This document shows positions 39,041 through 52,517 of a stretch of 64,000 bases of DNA, piece by piece (within the stretch, counting starts at the first letter, position 1; every line of letters starts with the position of its first letter). The notes below the pieces were generated by a model. It saw only the letters and a list, made by a program, of their open reading frames with translations, did not search any database and was not told where the DNA came from. The DNA is from Phoronis australis (Eukaryota > Animalia > Phoronida): positions 15,609-79,608 of the forward strand of contig NMRA01000639.1 in assembly GCA_002633005.1 (NCBI GenBank), read 5' to 3'. Made by a program: the position numbers and the translations under genes.

Positions 39041-40670
39041 CTGTGCTTAGACTCAAAGCTTAAATACAAACATTGATATTTAAACCATATGAGGAAAAGC
39101 ATTTTTTGAAAAAATGCAGTATTTTAATTATGGGGCCTAATTAACTGTATTACACTGTATTCATTTAAGAGACTTGGCCTGTTTCTCAGGAGGTACCTTG
39201 TTTTTCGTCGGTAGATCTGTTCAAGAAACACTGATGGCAAGAGGTCATGAAACACAGTTTCTATTAAACAGGTCTCAAATCATACGTGATTTTCATTTTT
39301 AATCCTGTCATGTTCAAGCTGAGTATCTTGGAACTTTTGTCCTCGTTTTTCCGTTCTGAGTCACATGACTTGCTCAACATGCACTAGTGCAACAGATATG
39401 AAATATGTCCTACGGATGATTTGAGGCCATGAAAATATCCGAGGTGTTTCAAATGAGGCCTGTCTGAGTTTCATGGTACTGTGCGAATGACTTATTTTTT
39501 CCCTATATGGCGTTATGCATGTTGATTGACTCTCAATTACAATGCAGAGGCTCAAATAGATCATGAAGTTGATTTTTGGTGAATGGAAACAATTTGCAGA
39601 CTTAGCTTAAGCTGATTTATTTGTATTTTCTGTGTAAAATGTGGAGCATTCCATATGATAATTTATAAATATGACATGTATGTACAATATGTACTGGCAA
39701 GCATCTCTGAAATGCCTGCACAAACGCAACATTGACAATTAATTGAAAGTACCTGTTTTAATATTCAGTACATATGGGTACAGGTGTATCAAAGGTGTAT
39801 GGTTGCAGGTGCCGGCAGTTCCAAGCTTGCCTCTTGACATTTAAGTACCGGAATTTTTCTATCATTCGAGTGACATGCCACATGATCATGGATTGTCTGC
39901 ATTGCAGTTAAGTCTATTCAACCGTTGTCATGGTAATGCTTCCAAAATTCTATTCATCAAACAGTGGTCTGAGGGCAATAGAATCTTGTTGGCTAAATCT
40001 GCTTAGTGATGTTCAAATGACAACTTTTGTTTGTTTTTTGGGAGCATGCTACAGTGCGAAAAAAGTTCCATGTTTACTGCCATCCATGGGAATAAAAAGA
40101 GCACTTTTCGAGCACTGGCACGGCTGCTACCAAAAAACAAATCCCGCGTCATTTTTCCTTGTATCAAGTGGATTTTCTTTTTTGAAAAAGTGAGCAACCA
40201 AAAATACCGCACCACCAACTCAGTTTCCAAAAAACACAGACCGGAACCAATTAAGCTTTTCTGGGCTAACATGATCTTCAAGTGAGGGTGAGATAGGCTC
40301 CCTAATCTAACTAGGTTGCAATTATGTATGCACACTAATGCCATTATCACCCTGAGCACAAGTGCATGTAGGAAACATCTGTTAGGTTCTGTATAATAAT
40401 GTGTATTAGTTCAAGTGTGAATGTGACATTTCAGGCTAATCACTGAATACAGCTTGTTGTTTGTACTGTGCACGTGAATTTTGTTAAACCCCCGAATAAG
40501 CACGGTAAGTCATTTAATTCAAACCCAAACTGCATTGCATGGTAATTTTCACTTATTTTCAGAGTCGGATAATTGCCAAAAGGGCCATTTTTCCACTTAA
40601 ATGTTTTCAAATAGTTATAGTAAATATATAGACGCTGAGGTTGGCCAGTAATGAAATATCTCAAATAAAC

Positions 40671-40763
40671 ACAGAAAAATCAGGAACCCCAACTGGGAAT
40701 CAAACCACAGGCAATCTAGAGACCTGTGGTTTGATTTCCAGTTGGGGTTCCTGATTTTTCTGT
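40671..40763. repeat. 41-bp inverted repeat with 11-nt loop
   Basis: acagaaaaatcaggaaccccaactgggaatcaaaccacagg / cctgtggtttgatttccagttggggttcctgatttttctgt, with one G:T mismatch. Confidence 0.9.
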
Positions 40764-41083
40764 TTTCAAATAGTATTCAAGATGAGCTAGAGTACAGTAA
40801 AATGTCACAAATTTCAAACAAAAATAATTACTAGATTTTTGTTATTTCGTTTGTCAAAAACTTCTAACATTGCTGTGACTGTTTGCACTTCTTAATATTG
40901 TCTGATGATAGTTTTGTTGCAGAACTTGAACTTGGTTACCTTCGTTTTACAGACTTGACTTCCATTAATTAAAAGTGAGAAAAAAGAAATTTTTCTTGCT
41001 TTCTATATTGAACGTAACTATGTTGAATTGGTGAAATTTTGCAATAATATTGTTTCAGGGCACTATTATAAGTTGCTCAAGTC

Positions 41084-41195
41084 ATGGCGGCAGAGGCAGA
41101 GGAAAAGCTGACCTTTCCAGAATGGGTGGATAACCACGTAGACGACGTAAACACAAAATTTCTCTCTGATTCGGAGGATGATGTTTTTGTTAGAG
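41084..41195 (+). CDS. Unidentified gene, first coding exon of isoform A
   Basis: Acceptor tgtttcag at 41058, in-frame TAA upstream, good Kozak gtcATGG. Encodes MAAEAEEKLTFPEWVDNHVDDVNTKFLSDSEDDVFVR, then consensus donor AG|gtaagt (phase 1). Confidence 0.7.
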
Positions 41196-42650
41196 GTAAG
41201 TGCTGTAGCCATTATACAAGCCGTCGTATAGTTTGTTTTGAGTAGAAGTGATAATTGTTCAAAACGACAAAAAGTCTGGGATCCTTATGAATTTAGCAGT
41301 CCTTGCAGCTCAATTTTCTCCCTGCCCCCTGGTAGCCGCAATTTTTGAGGTACCTCTCCCCCCAGTCACCATGATTTTTCCTCACCCTTGTTGACATGAC
41401 TTGAGGGTTTTGACGCGAGGCACCTAGTTTGTATGTGGCCCTATATTTTCTGCGGGGCCTCTAGGCTGTACCCCAATAGATAATAGTCTCTGACTGAGAC
41501 AATTGTAATGCTGATGAGTTTTCTTGGCTCATTAATGTACGCATGCAGTGATGGCAATTGACTTATATTCATGCTAAATCCCTAGTGTCTGGGCTTTGTA
41601 CAAGGTAAGTTGACATCAATATTTATAGGTTGTCTACTATGGCCTGAGTAAAAAATTTCAAGCAAGATCATAAATCAATTTCCTCAAAACATTGGTTGTG
41701 TGTCAAACAAATCCAAAATCAGTTCCCATTTTCCACTTTGGGAAATTGGTCTTTAAATTGAGGATGAGCACTATAAACAATTTTTTAGAAAAAAATGGAG
41801 GGTGGCGTGACACGTCTGATTCAAGTTAACCCTCAATTGTATTTATGTGAGGCACTTCTCATGGAAGGGTCACATAAAGCAATGATACAAATATATTCTA
41901 TGCGTTGGTAACAGGTGCATTTTGAATCCTAATAGTTGTTCAAAAGTGCGTACAGTGGTATGTTTAAAGTATGAGGAGTTTTAACTGCACAATTGGGAAG
42001 TTGGAAGGTTAAGTCAAAAAGCATGGTTGGTTTTGATCTGTGACTTTTGAAAACCCAGTCAGTTGTGTGTTATAGTATTATCATTAGTTGCACACTTTTT
42101 TGAAAAAGAAACTCCATTTGAGACGAGCAAAAATGACGCATGACATTTCAAACCTTGATTAGCTTTTCTTACTTGGCTTTGTGCAGCTGTTCAAAAAAGC
42201 AAGACCTTGGCTGAAGTTGCGGCAAGTAGACATTTTTTAAGTCTGGATACAGACTAGAACCCGTAACGTGCTTTTGGCCTTACCTTGGTTTTTACCCAAA
42301 CGTAGGCATTTGCCTGGGCGAATACGGTAATTTAACAAAAATTTTCTCAAGCAGTCGGGCATGTTGCTAATAAATAGCCCTACGCATATACCTGATGACC
42401 TTATCCTAGCTACTAACATTGACACTTTTGTGTATAGGAGAGTGTCGGTTACTGCGAACTGTTGAATCCCCTCTTGCGCCGAAGTTAAAATCGCAAGTTA
42501 AGTTCACAGTGGGTTGAACAGTTCACTATTGACGAATCAAAATTGGGGATCCATAACTTTGTTGTCACTGAAGTTATCTTCATCTGCCACTGTCAACAAA
42601 GACATGTGTTGGGTTGGAAATTTGTAAATATCTAGTTCAAATATTCACCA

Positions 42651-42904
42651 TACCGTAACGGTAATTCTGACCACTTATTTGGCGCAAAAATAATTGCCAA
42701 AACGGCAGTTTTTTCTATTTTCAAACTAGGCTTTTGCAAATAATAAGAGCTTCAACAAATCTCATTTTTATCACATTTAAATGGTACAAACCATAGTAGA
42801 CAAAAATGTCCTTAATCTTTAGTTTTGTGGAGAAATATGACAAAACAGAATTTTACATGTTGGCCATATTGCGCGTTAAGTAAGTGAAGAATTACCATAT
42901 TGTA
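42651..42904. mobile_element. Degenerate TA-flanked MITE
   Basis: taccgtaacggtaattctgaccactta imperfectly mirrors taagtgaagaattaccatattgta. Confidence 0.35.
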
Positions 42905-43258
42905 ACGGTTTCATTTAACTTAATAGTAAAAAAAATATGTACTCTGCTCTTCATGTTTAAAAACCATAGTTGAGACTGCTATGGTTAAAATCACAACGCT
43001 CCCCCCCACTTTGATACCTTTGCTGATCCTGCCATAAATTGACACTAAGTTTGGTGTTAGTTTAGTACCAAAACTAACATGAATGCTGGAGTTAACTTTG
43101 CTGGTTACATCGACGCTGCTTTAGTCGCGTGTTTTAACTCCATGGGAAAAGACTTTGACGTTACTTCTCACCTCAGTGACATCACGTGACAAGATCTCTT
43201 GGGTAAAAGTAGATTTGTTTTCAGATGTCTCCCATAAAAGCGCAGGGAACAGCATTAA

Positions 43259-43600
43259 AGGACATTGTTTTTATTTACGAAAAATGCATTTTTTGGATTA
43301 TTATTTTATTGCATATACTTCTGGAAGTTATTAGCTTTGACCAGAGCTATAATGTAATAAAATCCATAGTTTTTGTGTTTTTATCATAAATAGTACAGTT
43401 TTTGTTGTTTTCTGTCAGGCAGAAATTCACTGAAGTCATGACTGGCGACTTCACCACTTAAAACGCTCAAAATACTCTTCTTTTTTGTCTGTGATTTAGT
43501 TCAGTCAGCAGAGGGTTTGGCAATGACACAAGAGTTTACCGTTTGATTTTGCGTTGGGGCTGATTTCGAAACGAGGGTTTTATTGCCGTTAAATGTCACT
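43259..43600. mobile_element. TTAA-flanked non-autonomous Kolobok-like element
   Basis: TTAA|AGGACATT ... AATGTCACT|TTAA. Subterminal sequence is shared with ~17300, ~18290 and ~19220. Confidence 0.7.
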
Positions 43601-46600
43601 TTAACTGTGTGCTGTAGTGATTGAGGTGTTCAAAGTGATGCGAGTAAAAGGTTGTACAATGTACACAATCATGTGTCTTACTTGGAGAAGGAGACTTGTT
43701 GCTTTGATTTAGGAGGACATGCCTTTCAGCTTTCTTGGGTCTATACTGGAAACCACATCAGCAAAAATATGCTGGCTTGGAAGTAATGAAGTCTGTCAAA
43801 TTTGTTATCCCATATATATGTGTAAATACAGGCATTCAATAAGCCGTGAAATACGCTGTGAAATATGATATGGGAAAGTATGGCCAATCCGTATACAATG
43901 GCGGAGGCTGTATTTCACGGTTGTTGTGGAGTCTCCTGGTGGATTAAAATCGCGTGTACAACACCAAATCTGATCGTACTCATTCATTTAGGCTACCTGA
44001 AATATTGATTGAAGGTGTTCTTGAAAAAGATGTTTTACTACTCTAAAAACAGCAAAGATTTGCTGACGAAAATTATGACAGGTGGTGATCAGGCAGCTAT
44101 TTTTAGACCTCTGGTCATCATAAATAGGCCAATTGCTGGCTAAGTGAATAGAATCCATGGTCAACAAAGTCAGCCAAAAATCTAAGTCAAATCCAACAAC
44201 AAAGTTTTGTTATAGATGCATACAGTATATCTACTCTAAGAACTAAGATGTTAACTGGAAATTGCGACGTAACATTAAGTATTTGTTTTTTACTGACACA
44301 ATAGTCTGCTTGCTGCATTCCTCGACTCTCCCTCATGATATAGTCTTTACCTCAAGTTCTGCAAATCAGCACAGTTTCCACAGTTATTTTTCAGTGCTGT
44401 GATCAACACGGCGAAATGTTTCTATTACTGTTTACAGTCCGGAAGCTAAGACATGAAAATATACCAAGAAAACTAAAAAACTCATCGAAACTAATAAATA
44501 CACACTACTGCACAACTGTTCAGTTAATTTTTATATTCCTGAATGAATTGTTTCTAAGTTTATGACAAACTTTTAATATTATTGAATGGTTCAATGTTTT
44601 AACTTGACCATATATTTCACAAACTGAAAATTCTTATAAATTTATTATGGAATAAAGGTTTACTAGTTATTCAATACTTTCACATATAATTAGCCAGCGC
44701 GGGTATGGTGCTTGGCATATATACAAGGTCATGTAACAACAAGCTGAAGCACACTGATATGCCAACGAGATATTGCCGTGATGATGCAAATAAGTTCATG
44801 GGATAAATAAGTTATCCTACATAGAATTACATAGGAATACTACTTGGCCATTTGGGACATTCCCATATGAAATGATTTCGCGGTAGAATATGGCAGTAGT
44901 ATTCCTATGTATGTGAGATAACTTAATATTTTCTTTTGCGCCAAACAACTTTTGATTTAAATTACTTACTTTTATAACACCAGTGTCATCTTTTTTAACC
45001 AATCACAATTTAAAGAAAGGTTAAGAATACGATGAAATTGTTTTTTCGTAGAGCAAATATGCCTTGAAAAAACTTCTTTTGGCACCAGAACATAGCTTAC
45101 AGCGGTTACTGGATTTTGAGAACCAGCTTGGTGTATGTTACTCAGTGGAGAAAACTGGTTCTTAAAGTGTGCTACCCCTGTAAGTGTCTATTACCGTGGA
45201 TATGTTAAAAAGTACCTGATAGAAGTAAATCATTATGGACATTCTTGCTTCTGAAGATTGGGACATGGGTGATTTTGGTGTTTCGTTGTATTTTTCAAAT
45301 ATGAGACACTGCATTTTGTATCAGTTGAGTCTGAAAATGGACTTGGTAGTTCTTAAAATCATTGGAAATAGCCAACGACAGTTTTTTTATGTGTCCCCCA
45401 TACTGTATCACATCGAGGTGAATGATCACTTGTTGTTGATTGTAGTTGGACTTGAATTTGGGGCGGCCAATATTGTCCATTTCTAAAATTTTGTGCATGC
45501 TCTGACCTTGAGCAAAATAATTTAACTTTTCACTGTCTTGACGTGAAGTGTGTGTGTGTCTGTGTTTTTGTAATATTTGTCACATGGTGTAAGGTGTGTA
45601 GTGTGGATGCTTGACTAAAGGGGGCTCTGAAGTTGCTCAGGGCGAGTTGTTCTAGGGTAACTCATAAATGAATTGGAAAGTAAATATGTGAAGCCTGCTG
45701 AATATAACGAATGATGTCTGATCTTTTGTCCACCCAGGGATGCAGTGGGTATGGAAGAAAATTGCACTGAGTCAGTCTATTGATCAATACATCCATTGCT
45801 GTCTTGTATTCCAAGAGGACGCTCGACCTCGTTGGATCATGACCTTATTAACAACATAAAGCTTGTCATGTTTGAGTTGTACAGCAATCGTAAATTGTTT
45901 TACTTGCCATATTTCCAAAAGTAATAATCAGAGTAGAACAGTGCTCAAAATGTACTTGCTTTATAGGATATGTGATGATAACTGGACAATAGAGAATTAT
46001 AACGTGGCAGCTGATTTTAAGGAATGCCAAGTATTTTGCCTGTATGTAGTATGTACTGTACAGTGCAAAAAATCTATTTTCGGTGCTTTTTAGCCCATCT
46101 GTTCTGGTCTCATTTGCCTGTTCTGTTGTAATTTCAAAGAAGTTTTCACTTTGATTTGCATTGGTTTGCACTCAACGCTCCATCTTAATGGGGGTATAAA
46201 GACTGAATTATTGATTATTTTTGTTTCAGCTTAGCATTTGATTCTTCGTTTCGATTTTTGTGAAAAAAATGAAATTGATTTGAAAGTTGCAAAACTTGTC
46301 ATTTTGATCTCTGAAAATTCTTTACCTTATTTTAGTGCTCTGCACTGTTGCATTATTGTAGCTTTGATAGCTGTAAAAGCTTAAACCAAAAATTACCCAA
46401 TAATTATTACTATACATGGTTCCTTTTGAATGAGCAAATGGCCATGTTGGCCCTTGTTTGTGTTGCTGTAAGAATACACAGAAAACTGAAGAGTAATTGG
46501 ATACAAACAGAGAAGTTTGCTATTTTTCAGATCTTATATAAATACTCTCTGGTACGTATTTAGTGCAGCCTTAAATGCACTGATTTTCAGTGACAGTTGA

Positions 46601-47456
46601 CTTAATTATCCATGTGACGACTTCAAAACTTGAAACCTGTTCATCTCAGTTCATAATTTCAGGATGGTGGCAAGCACTTGAACTTAAAAGGAGAATGCCA
46701 CCCAAAAACAACCTATTTTGTATCGATTTAGATGGAGTAGTTCCACTCGATAACAGCAAATACAACTCTTTTACCTGACACCTGTTGGCAGACAGAGGTG
46801 TTATAATTAACCAATGACGCCAGACGTTTGAATGCAGTCTGTTCGGCAGTTCACAACACGCTTGCTGGTGTCAAAATTGGAAACTAAACTTCCAGTCACG
46901 AAAAGACTATACTAGTGAGTCATAGAAAAAATGTCCACACTGATTATTTTGGTGAATTGGCCGCGAAACTGCAAATCTTGTTACTAGCTTGTCAGGGGTC
47001 GCGAAGTCAGGTTGCCCTTCCACAGAACCGTCAGGGCAAAAGTTGTATAGTAACAATGATTCGAATAATGCATATGAATATCTCAATAAAGATTCCCCTA
47101 AAATCTGACCATGACATATAAAATCGAGTTATTGTTTCACAACAGCTATCTGTCAGCAAACACTGAATAAGCATTTGTCTCACACAGTCTCAGTGCCAGA
47201 TCAATTAGTTTATTAGTGCATCTAAAACCGGTAACGCAGTAATTTATTCATTGCTGTCTTCTCAAAACATTTTCACTTAGGAACACTCCAAGGCATTACA
47301 AATTGTATCTAACGAGACAGACTTTTTTCAGTTTTATATAAGCATTGGTTAGGGTGAGAATAATTCATTTTGAAACAGAATGCAAAATTTAAACGTTAGC
47401 GTGGCAACTCGCAATCCCGACTTAGACGACAGGCTCATTCGATGAAGGTTTCACAA

Positions 47457-48095
47457 GAATACACTGATCAAGAAATAATAGAGAGGCCCCGTGAACGTGC
47501 ACAGACAACGAAACGTATGGATAGTTCTCCAAAAACGGTTTGAATGACTTGTCCATGAGCTAACCGCACAATAATGGAAACGACTGACGCTTGCATTTGC
47601 TTCCACAAGTGAAATGAATTCTTGGAGAAGCGCAAACGTGTCTCACAGACCATCCTGATTTTGCACTGCATCTAAAAAATGTGTGCTTACGACGTTTTTG
47701 GGTCGGAGAAAAAGAATTGGCGAAAACATCCTGCACCCAGAGGACCAAACAGAAGCCTCACGAACGAGTCAATCATCAAACAGGTTATATAAAATGTTAT
47801 GTTCTCACGCCTTGAATTAATTGTAATTGTTTATGTTTTCATGGCCAACAACAATTCTCCATAATCAAGAACTGAACCATATCCCATCCGAGGAAATGCA
47901 GGCCACTGACAGACATGGATAAGTTTCACGGCCTCATACTTGGTATTAACGCCATACTTTTCATTCTTCACTACCGCGAGCTACTTTCGAAGCATTATGG
48001 GCTCTCAAAAAAGTAATATACCCGCTTTCCTCGCAGCTTCATAGTTCGCACAGGGGGGAACGATACACCACACCATAGTGGCACTCACTCTGCCA
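47457..48095 (+). pseudogene. Decayed P2X7-ballast-like (ZCD/KolX-type) ORF
   Basis: One frame reads EYTDQEIIER...TCP*ANRTIMETTDACICFHK. A shifted frame gives CLTDHPDF at ~47639, followed by YRELLSKHYG at ~47972. The spacing fits C-x-C-x2-C-x2-M-x-T-x3-C-x-CC-x-E ... CIT-HP-F ... YR. Confidence 0.55.
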
Positions 48096-48908
48096 AAGAA
48101 CCACTGACGTTGCAGCGTCATTTCTCACCTTCCTCACAGGTTAACACGACACCTCTCAGCGAGGTAAGATCGACCGTATTGAGGTGATGTGGATATAGAC
48201 CGATTTAGACGGTAAAAAAGACTAATTAAATCAGGTGGCATTCTTCCTTAATGCTCAGACATTTATTGGTCAATTTTTAGGGAATCTCACAATTTGAAAT
48301 CTACTACAAATGAATTTCAAATCCATGCCAGGGTTTTCATGATAACTGAATTTGAAATCATATTGTGTATCTGCCAAATACAAAACAGCAATATATGAAG
48401 TTGTGCTATTTGTAATTGTTTATTGGTGACATGAACAAGGCCATAGGGCGTTTCTTGAGAACAATGGCAGCATCTGTTTGGAAAGAGTAAGAAAAAATAG
48501 GCTTTTGGGAAATCAAAAATTGTTTTTTTGAATTATAGAAAATGAATAACTCAAGTTTTGAGTCATGTCTAACATGGTGTATAATGACATTTTTCATATT
48601 TTAAGGGGGAACATGGAAAAGCGATCAGTCTTTCTGCCGTCCATAAAAGCATTCAATTACAAGAAGAGTAATTGTCAAAATTAATTAATGTTCAAAATGT
48701 CTTAGACAATTAAGAACTGTATTCTTCAATAAACATGACAGACAAAACTGACACATAGCTTCGTGGTTTTTCAAACTATTTAGGAAATTAGATAAAAGTA
48801 CTTGCAATACACAATACAAAGATAGAAACCTCTCAAAAAAATTCAGAAATTGATGTTCGCATTGCCACTGTACTCCCGAGAGGTCATCTTGAGAAGCAAT
48901 GTTGATAC

Positions 48909-49045
48909 CAGGAGCGGATCCAGGAATTTGAGTTGAGGGGGGGGGCAGGGCAGCATAGTAGCCAGGATTTTGCCTGTCAGACATTTGCACCTNGGGGGGG
49001 GGGGGGGGCCATGGCTCCCTTGGCCCCACTCTAAATCTACCACTG
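48909..49045 (+). mobile_element. GC-rich MITE family A copy (contains N)
   Basis: GATAC|CAGGAGCGGATCCAGG ... AAATCTACCACTG|GATAC, 5-bp TSD. Homologous to 50786 and 60583. Confidence 0.85.
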
Positions 49046-49377
49046 GATACTCGGATGGCTTAGTTCTATGCAGGAATGTCTGTGCGTGTATTCCTGAATA
49101 AATTAGCAAATGTAAGTTACGTAAATTAACTGGCCAACTAATTACAAATTTTATGAGGTCTACCAAAGTGTCGAGCTTTGTCAAAAAACTCAACCACAAG
49201 CTTTAATGAAAGATGTTAGTGAAATTGTTCTCAGTATCATAATTCAGTAACAGTCCATCTTAGAACCAGAAATCCATTCAAAGTAGTCACTCAGGAGCTT
49301 TATTCATGTTTGTTCACTGTGATTTTCACAAGAGCGGAACGGCATTTACAACAAAAGTAGAGGAATGAAACAGAGTG

Positions 49378-49614
49378 CAGAGGCGGATCTACAGGGGGGG
49401 TTCAGGGGGCTTAAACCGCCCCCCTCGGGACAGAATCAAAAATAAAAACTGGAAAAAAAATCGCCAGAAAAACGAAATTAGGTACTAAAAATCCCAAAAA
49501 ATCTTACCCGGAGGAGGGAAACCTTCTCGCGACCTTCCTTCTCCTCGGCGCTATGCGCCTCGGATTCTTTCGAATCCTAAACCCCCCCTTACTGAAATCG
49601 TAGATCTGCCACTG
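49378..49614. mobile_element. GC-rich MITE with family-A-like ends but a different interior
   Basis: GAGTG|CAGAGGCGGATCTAC ... GTAGATCTGCCACTG|GAGTG, 5-bp TSD. Confidence 0.85.
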
Positions 49615-50567
49615 GAGTGGTAAAAAATTTTTGTGTGCTAAAAATTCTTTCATTTTGGGACAAAATTGCCATATTTCTACTTTCCACAGGCTTACCACAT
49701 TGCTGTCAATGCTCACATTTCACCAAACGTTGTTTAGTAATAGCTACACCATACAAACCATGCTAAAGTAAATTTCCAGATAAGTTATTTTTGTTGAGAA
49801 AAAAACAAAACGAAATTTCACCTGACCGCCATATTGTGTCCCAAAGTGAAGATTTTTGTGCAACTTATAAAACATAATCTTGTTGCTTAATTAATGCATT
49901 TTTACTTTGTGGCATCACAAACGTGGGTGTGATAAGTCTCTCCCACCTTCTCTGCGTGAAGTAAAACTGTCACTCCAATTGGCTGTGCCATGCCTCTTGT
50001 GTTGGTCAACACTGCTGACACCTTTAGTTCAAAAAGCATAGCTGGTTCTGGTCTGTACCCAAATCTTTTTGAGATCTGCAATCGCCGACTAAACATACAC
50101 AATTCAGCCAAGGTCTCATGTTTTTTGTTTGAAAATTTGCACAAAGGCACGCAAGCAATTTGTGATTTGCCAAGCTTTGAGTAAAAAACGAATCGTGCAT
50201 CATTTTTCCTTGTCTCAGGTCGATTTTCTGTTTTAACAAAGTGAACAACTAAAAATACTGCACCACCTACTTGATTTTCAAAAAACAAAACAAACCAGAA
50301 CCAGCTCAGTGCCCGCAATACATGCTTCTGCTTGTACCCAATTGTTGTTGTGTGCGCCTAGGTGTAGTGGTCTGGAAAAAAAGTGATGTCGCATTATCAC
50401 AGAGACTATTGCCCTGTTGTGTAACCATGTGTTACAAAACTGGGATACGAAAAATGCAGTACAAGGTAATTAATTCATTTATGGTAATGAGGGCAGAATG
50501 AGACAGCAATTAAGACTCTCATGAGAATGCGTGTTATTTTTATTTAATTGTGTATGCTGATTTGTAG

Positions 50568-50627
50568 AATTGAAGCCTGATGGTCGACGTCGTATTGCCT
50601 CCCCAAGGATGTCCACTCCGGCAGGGA
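50568..50627 (+). CDS. Unidentified gene, candidate 60-nt internal exon
   Basis: Acceptor gctgatttgtag and donor GGGA|gtgggc, phase 1-1. Continues the 41195 exon as (E)LKPDGRRRIASPRMSTPAG. GC-rich island in AT-rich intron. Confidence 0.5.
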
Positions 50628-50785
50628 GTGGGCGGGATAAATTACATACTACTGACTGCTAGGGCAAATTCTTATCAATTTTGTGCAAAATGAATTTCAA
50701 AATCAGCTAATTTTCATTTTTTAAACGCTTCTAGATTGTAATGAATGTGCACAGTTGTTCAAAACATTGCCTTGTAGTAGCTATG

Positions 50786-50950
50786 CAGGTGCGGATCCAG
50801 GATTTTGAGTTGGGGGGGGAGTGCAGGACAGAGTATTAGCCAGGATTTTGCCCGTCAAACATTCGCACCCCCGAACTGCCAAATGGAATCTGGAAGAATT
50901 TTAGGGGGGTGGGGCATTGCCCCCTTGGCGCCCCCTCAAATCCACCACTG
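50786..50950 (+). mobile_element. GC-rich MITE family A copy
   Basis: CTATG|CAGGTGCGGATCCAGG ... AAATCCACCACTG|CTATG, 5-bp TSD. Confidence 0.9.
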
Positions 50951-52517
50951 CTATGGTCCATAACTTGAACATCAGTGGTAAAAAAATTTCAGTTGTTCGC
51001 CAGTGGTGAGATTTTACTGTACTGTTTTTCTCTCTTTCTAAAGAAATATCAATACCATATTCACCCTAATAGGCATCCAGGTGCTTAGAAAAATTCGTTT
51101 TGGAGGGGGGGTGGGGGGGCTGGCGCTTACTGTAGCCTGAGGCGGTTGAAAGCCGGTCTCTGAAACAGGTGAAATCGGTATCTAGGATTCATCAAATTTA
51201 TGCTCTGTGAGGTATCTGTAACGTATGACAGACTTTCTACAAAATTGTGGTGCATGCTATCAAACTTCGTTGTTAAATTACAATTTATCATTTTACAGAA
51301 AATTGTGCTGAAATCCCTGGGCAAAAACTTGCTGACTGATGCTGATGCATCACTGCCTCGTGATCATTGATATGGCAACTTGAATTCTTGAATAAAAATA
51401 CAGTTTCGACTCAACAAATTACCTGAAATCCCCCTTAAGTTTTCCAAATAGCATCCCTAAAATTTTTAAGTTCCTATGGAGTCAGGATTAACAGCTGATC
51501 ATTCGGGCTACGGAGTTGGTGTGGTTGGATACATCAGGATTATTTTAAGTTTTTTGTTATTAACCTTCAACTTAAAAATGGCGCCAAGCCTAACTAACGT
51601 TCAATGCTTTTAACAAGATAACTGTATTTAAACTTGATGGCATTTTGAGCCAGAGGCTTCTCTCACACATGGTCAAGTTATGATGTATAAATATACAAAA
51701 TTACAATGTAATATTACAATTAATTTGAAAATGTATGGAATGAAAATATTACACAATTAAATTAAGTTAAATTAAAATAAATCAATAAAAGTTAACTTAA
51801 AATAAATTAAAATTACCAGTGGAATTTTACATACTGGAAAGGTGAGATTTAATTTGTATTTTAAAAAGGAATGATGAAGTACAATTTTGAATGATGACTG
51901 GCAAGGGAGATAAGTACTCACATTTGAATAGAATCTTAACAAGGGAGAAAAGTCCTCATATAGTAGCACTGAGTTACATGCATTGCGACTCCTGAATAAA
52001 CCACCCTCAAAGTGGTTATAGTCACTGTCATGTGCGATTCTCATGATTCAGTATGTTGCAAATGGCAGCCAGTTTATTTGTCTCTTCTAGCTTCACTGCC
52101 ATCACAAGTTGTTATTCAGTCTCATGATTTGTGTAACTCAAATAATCAGCTGTTGCCGTGTTAATAAATGGCTGATGACGCCTCAACTCACACGATTTTT
52201 GTGACTCATTTTGCCGTAAGCTGTAATTAACTTTGCATGAGAATGGAAAAAAGATGTTTTCTGAAGAATTGAGTATAAGTGTAATCTCCTGTAGAAAAAT
52301 GGAAGATAAAATGAAGACTTAAATTGCCAAATTCTCATGGCGTTACAACCTGGAGGCGAAAAAATGCATTTTCTGGGAACAGTGAAAAATGAAATGATCT
52401 AATATGAGGCCATAGGCTTGTATTTGACTTCATGGTCATAGCATTTCTTTCATCATAAGGCTACCTGTTTTGTTCTAAGGTTAGTCATGGTCTGCACCAG
52501 CACAACTGATAAAGTAA

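Noticed and set aside
45738-45860. Plus-strand exon GMQWVWKKIALSQ...
   Set aside because: The flank gtccacccagggatgcagtgggta resembles SINE body sequence, and the frame ends in a stop with no convincing homology.
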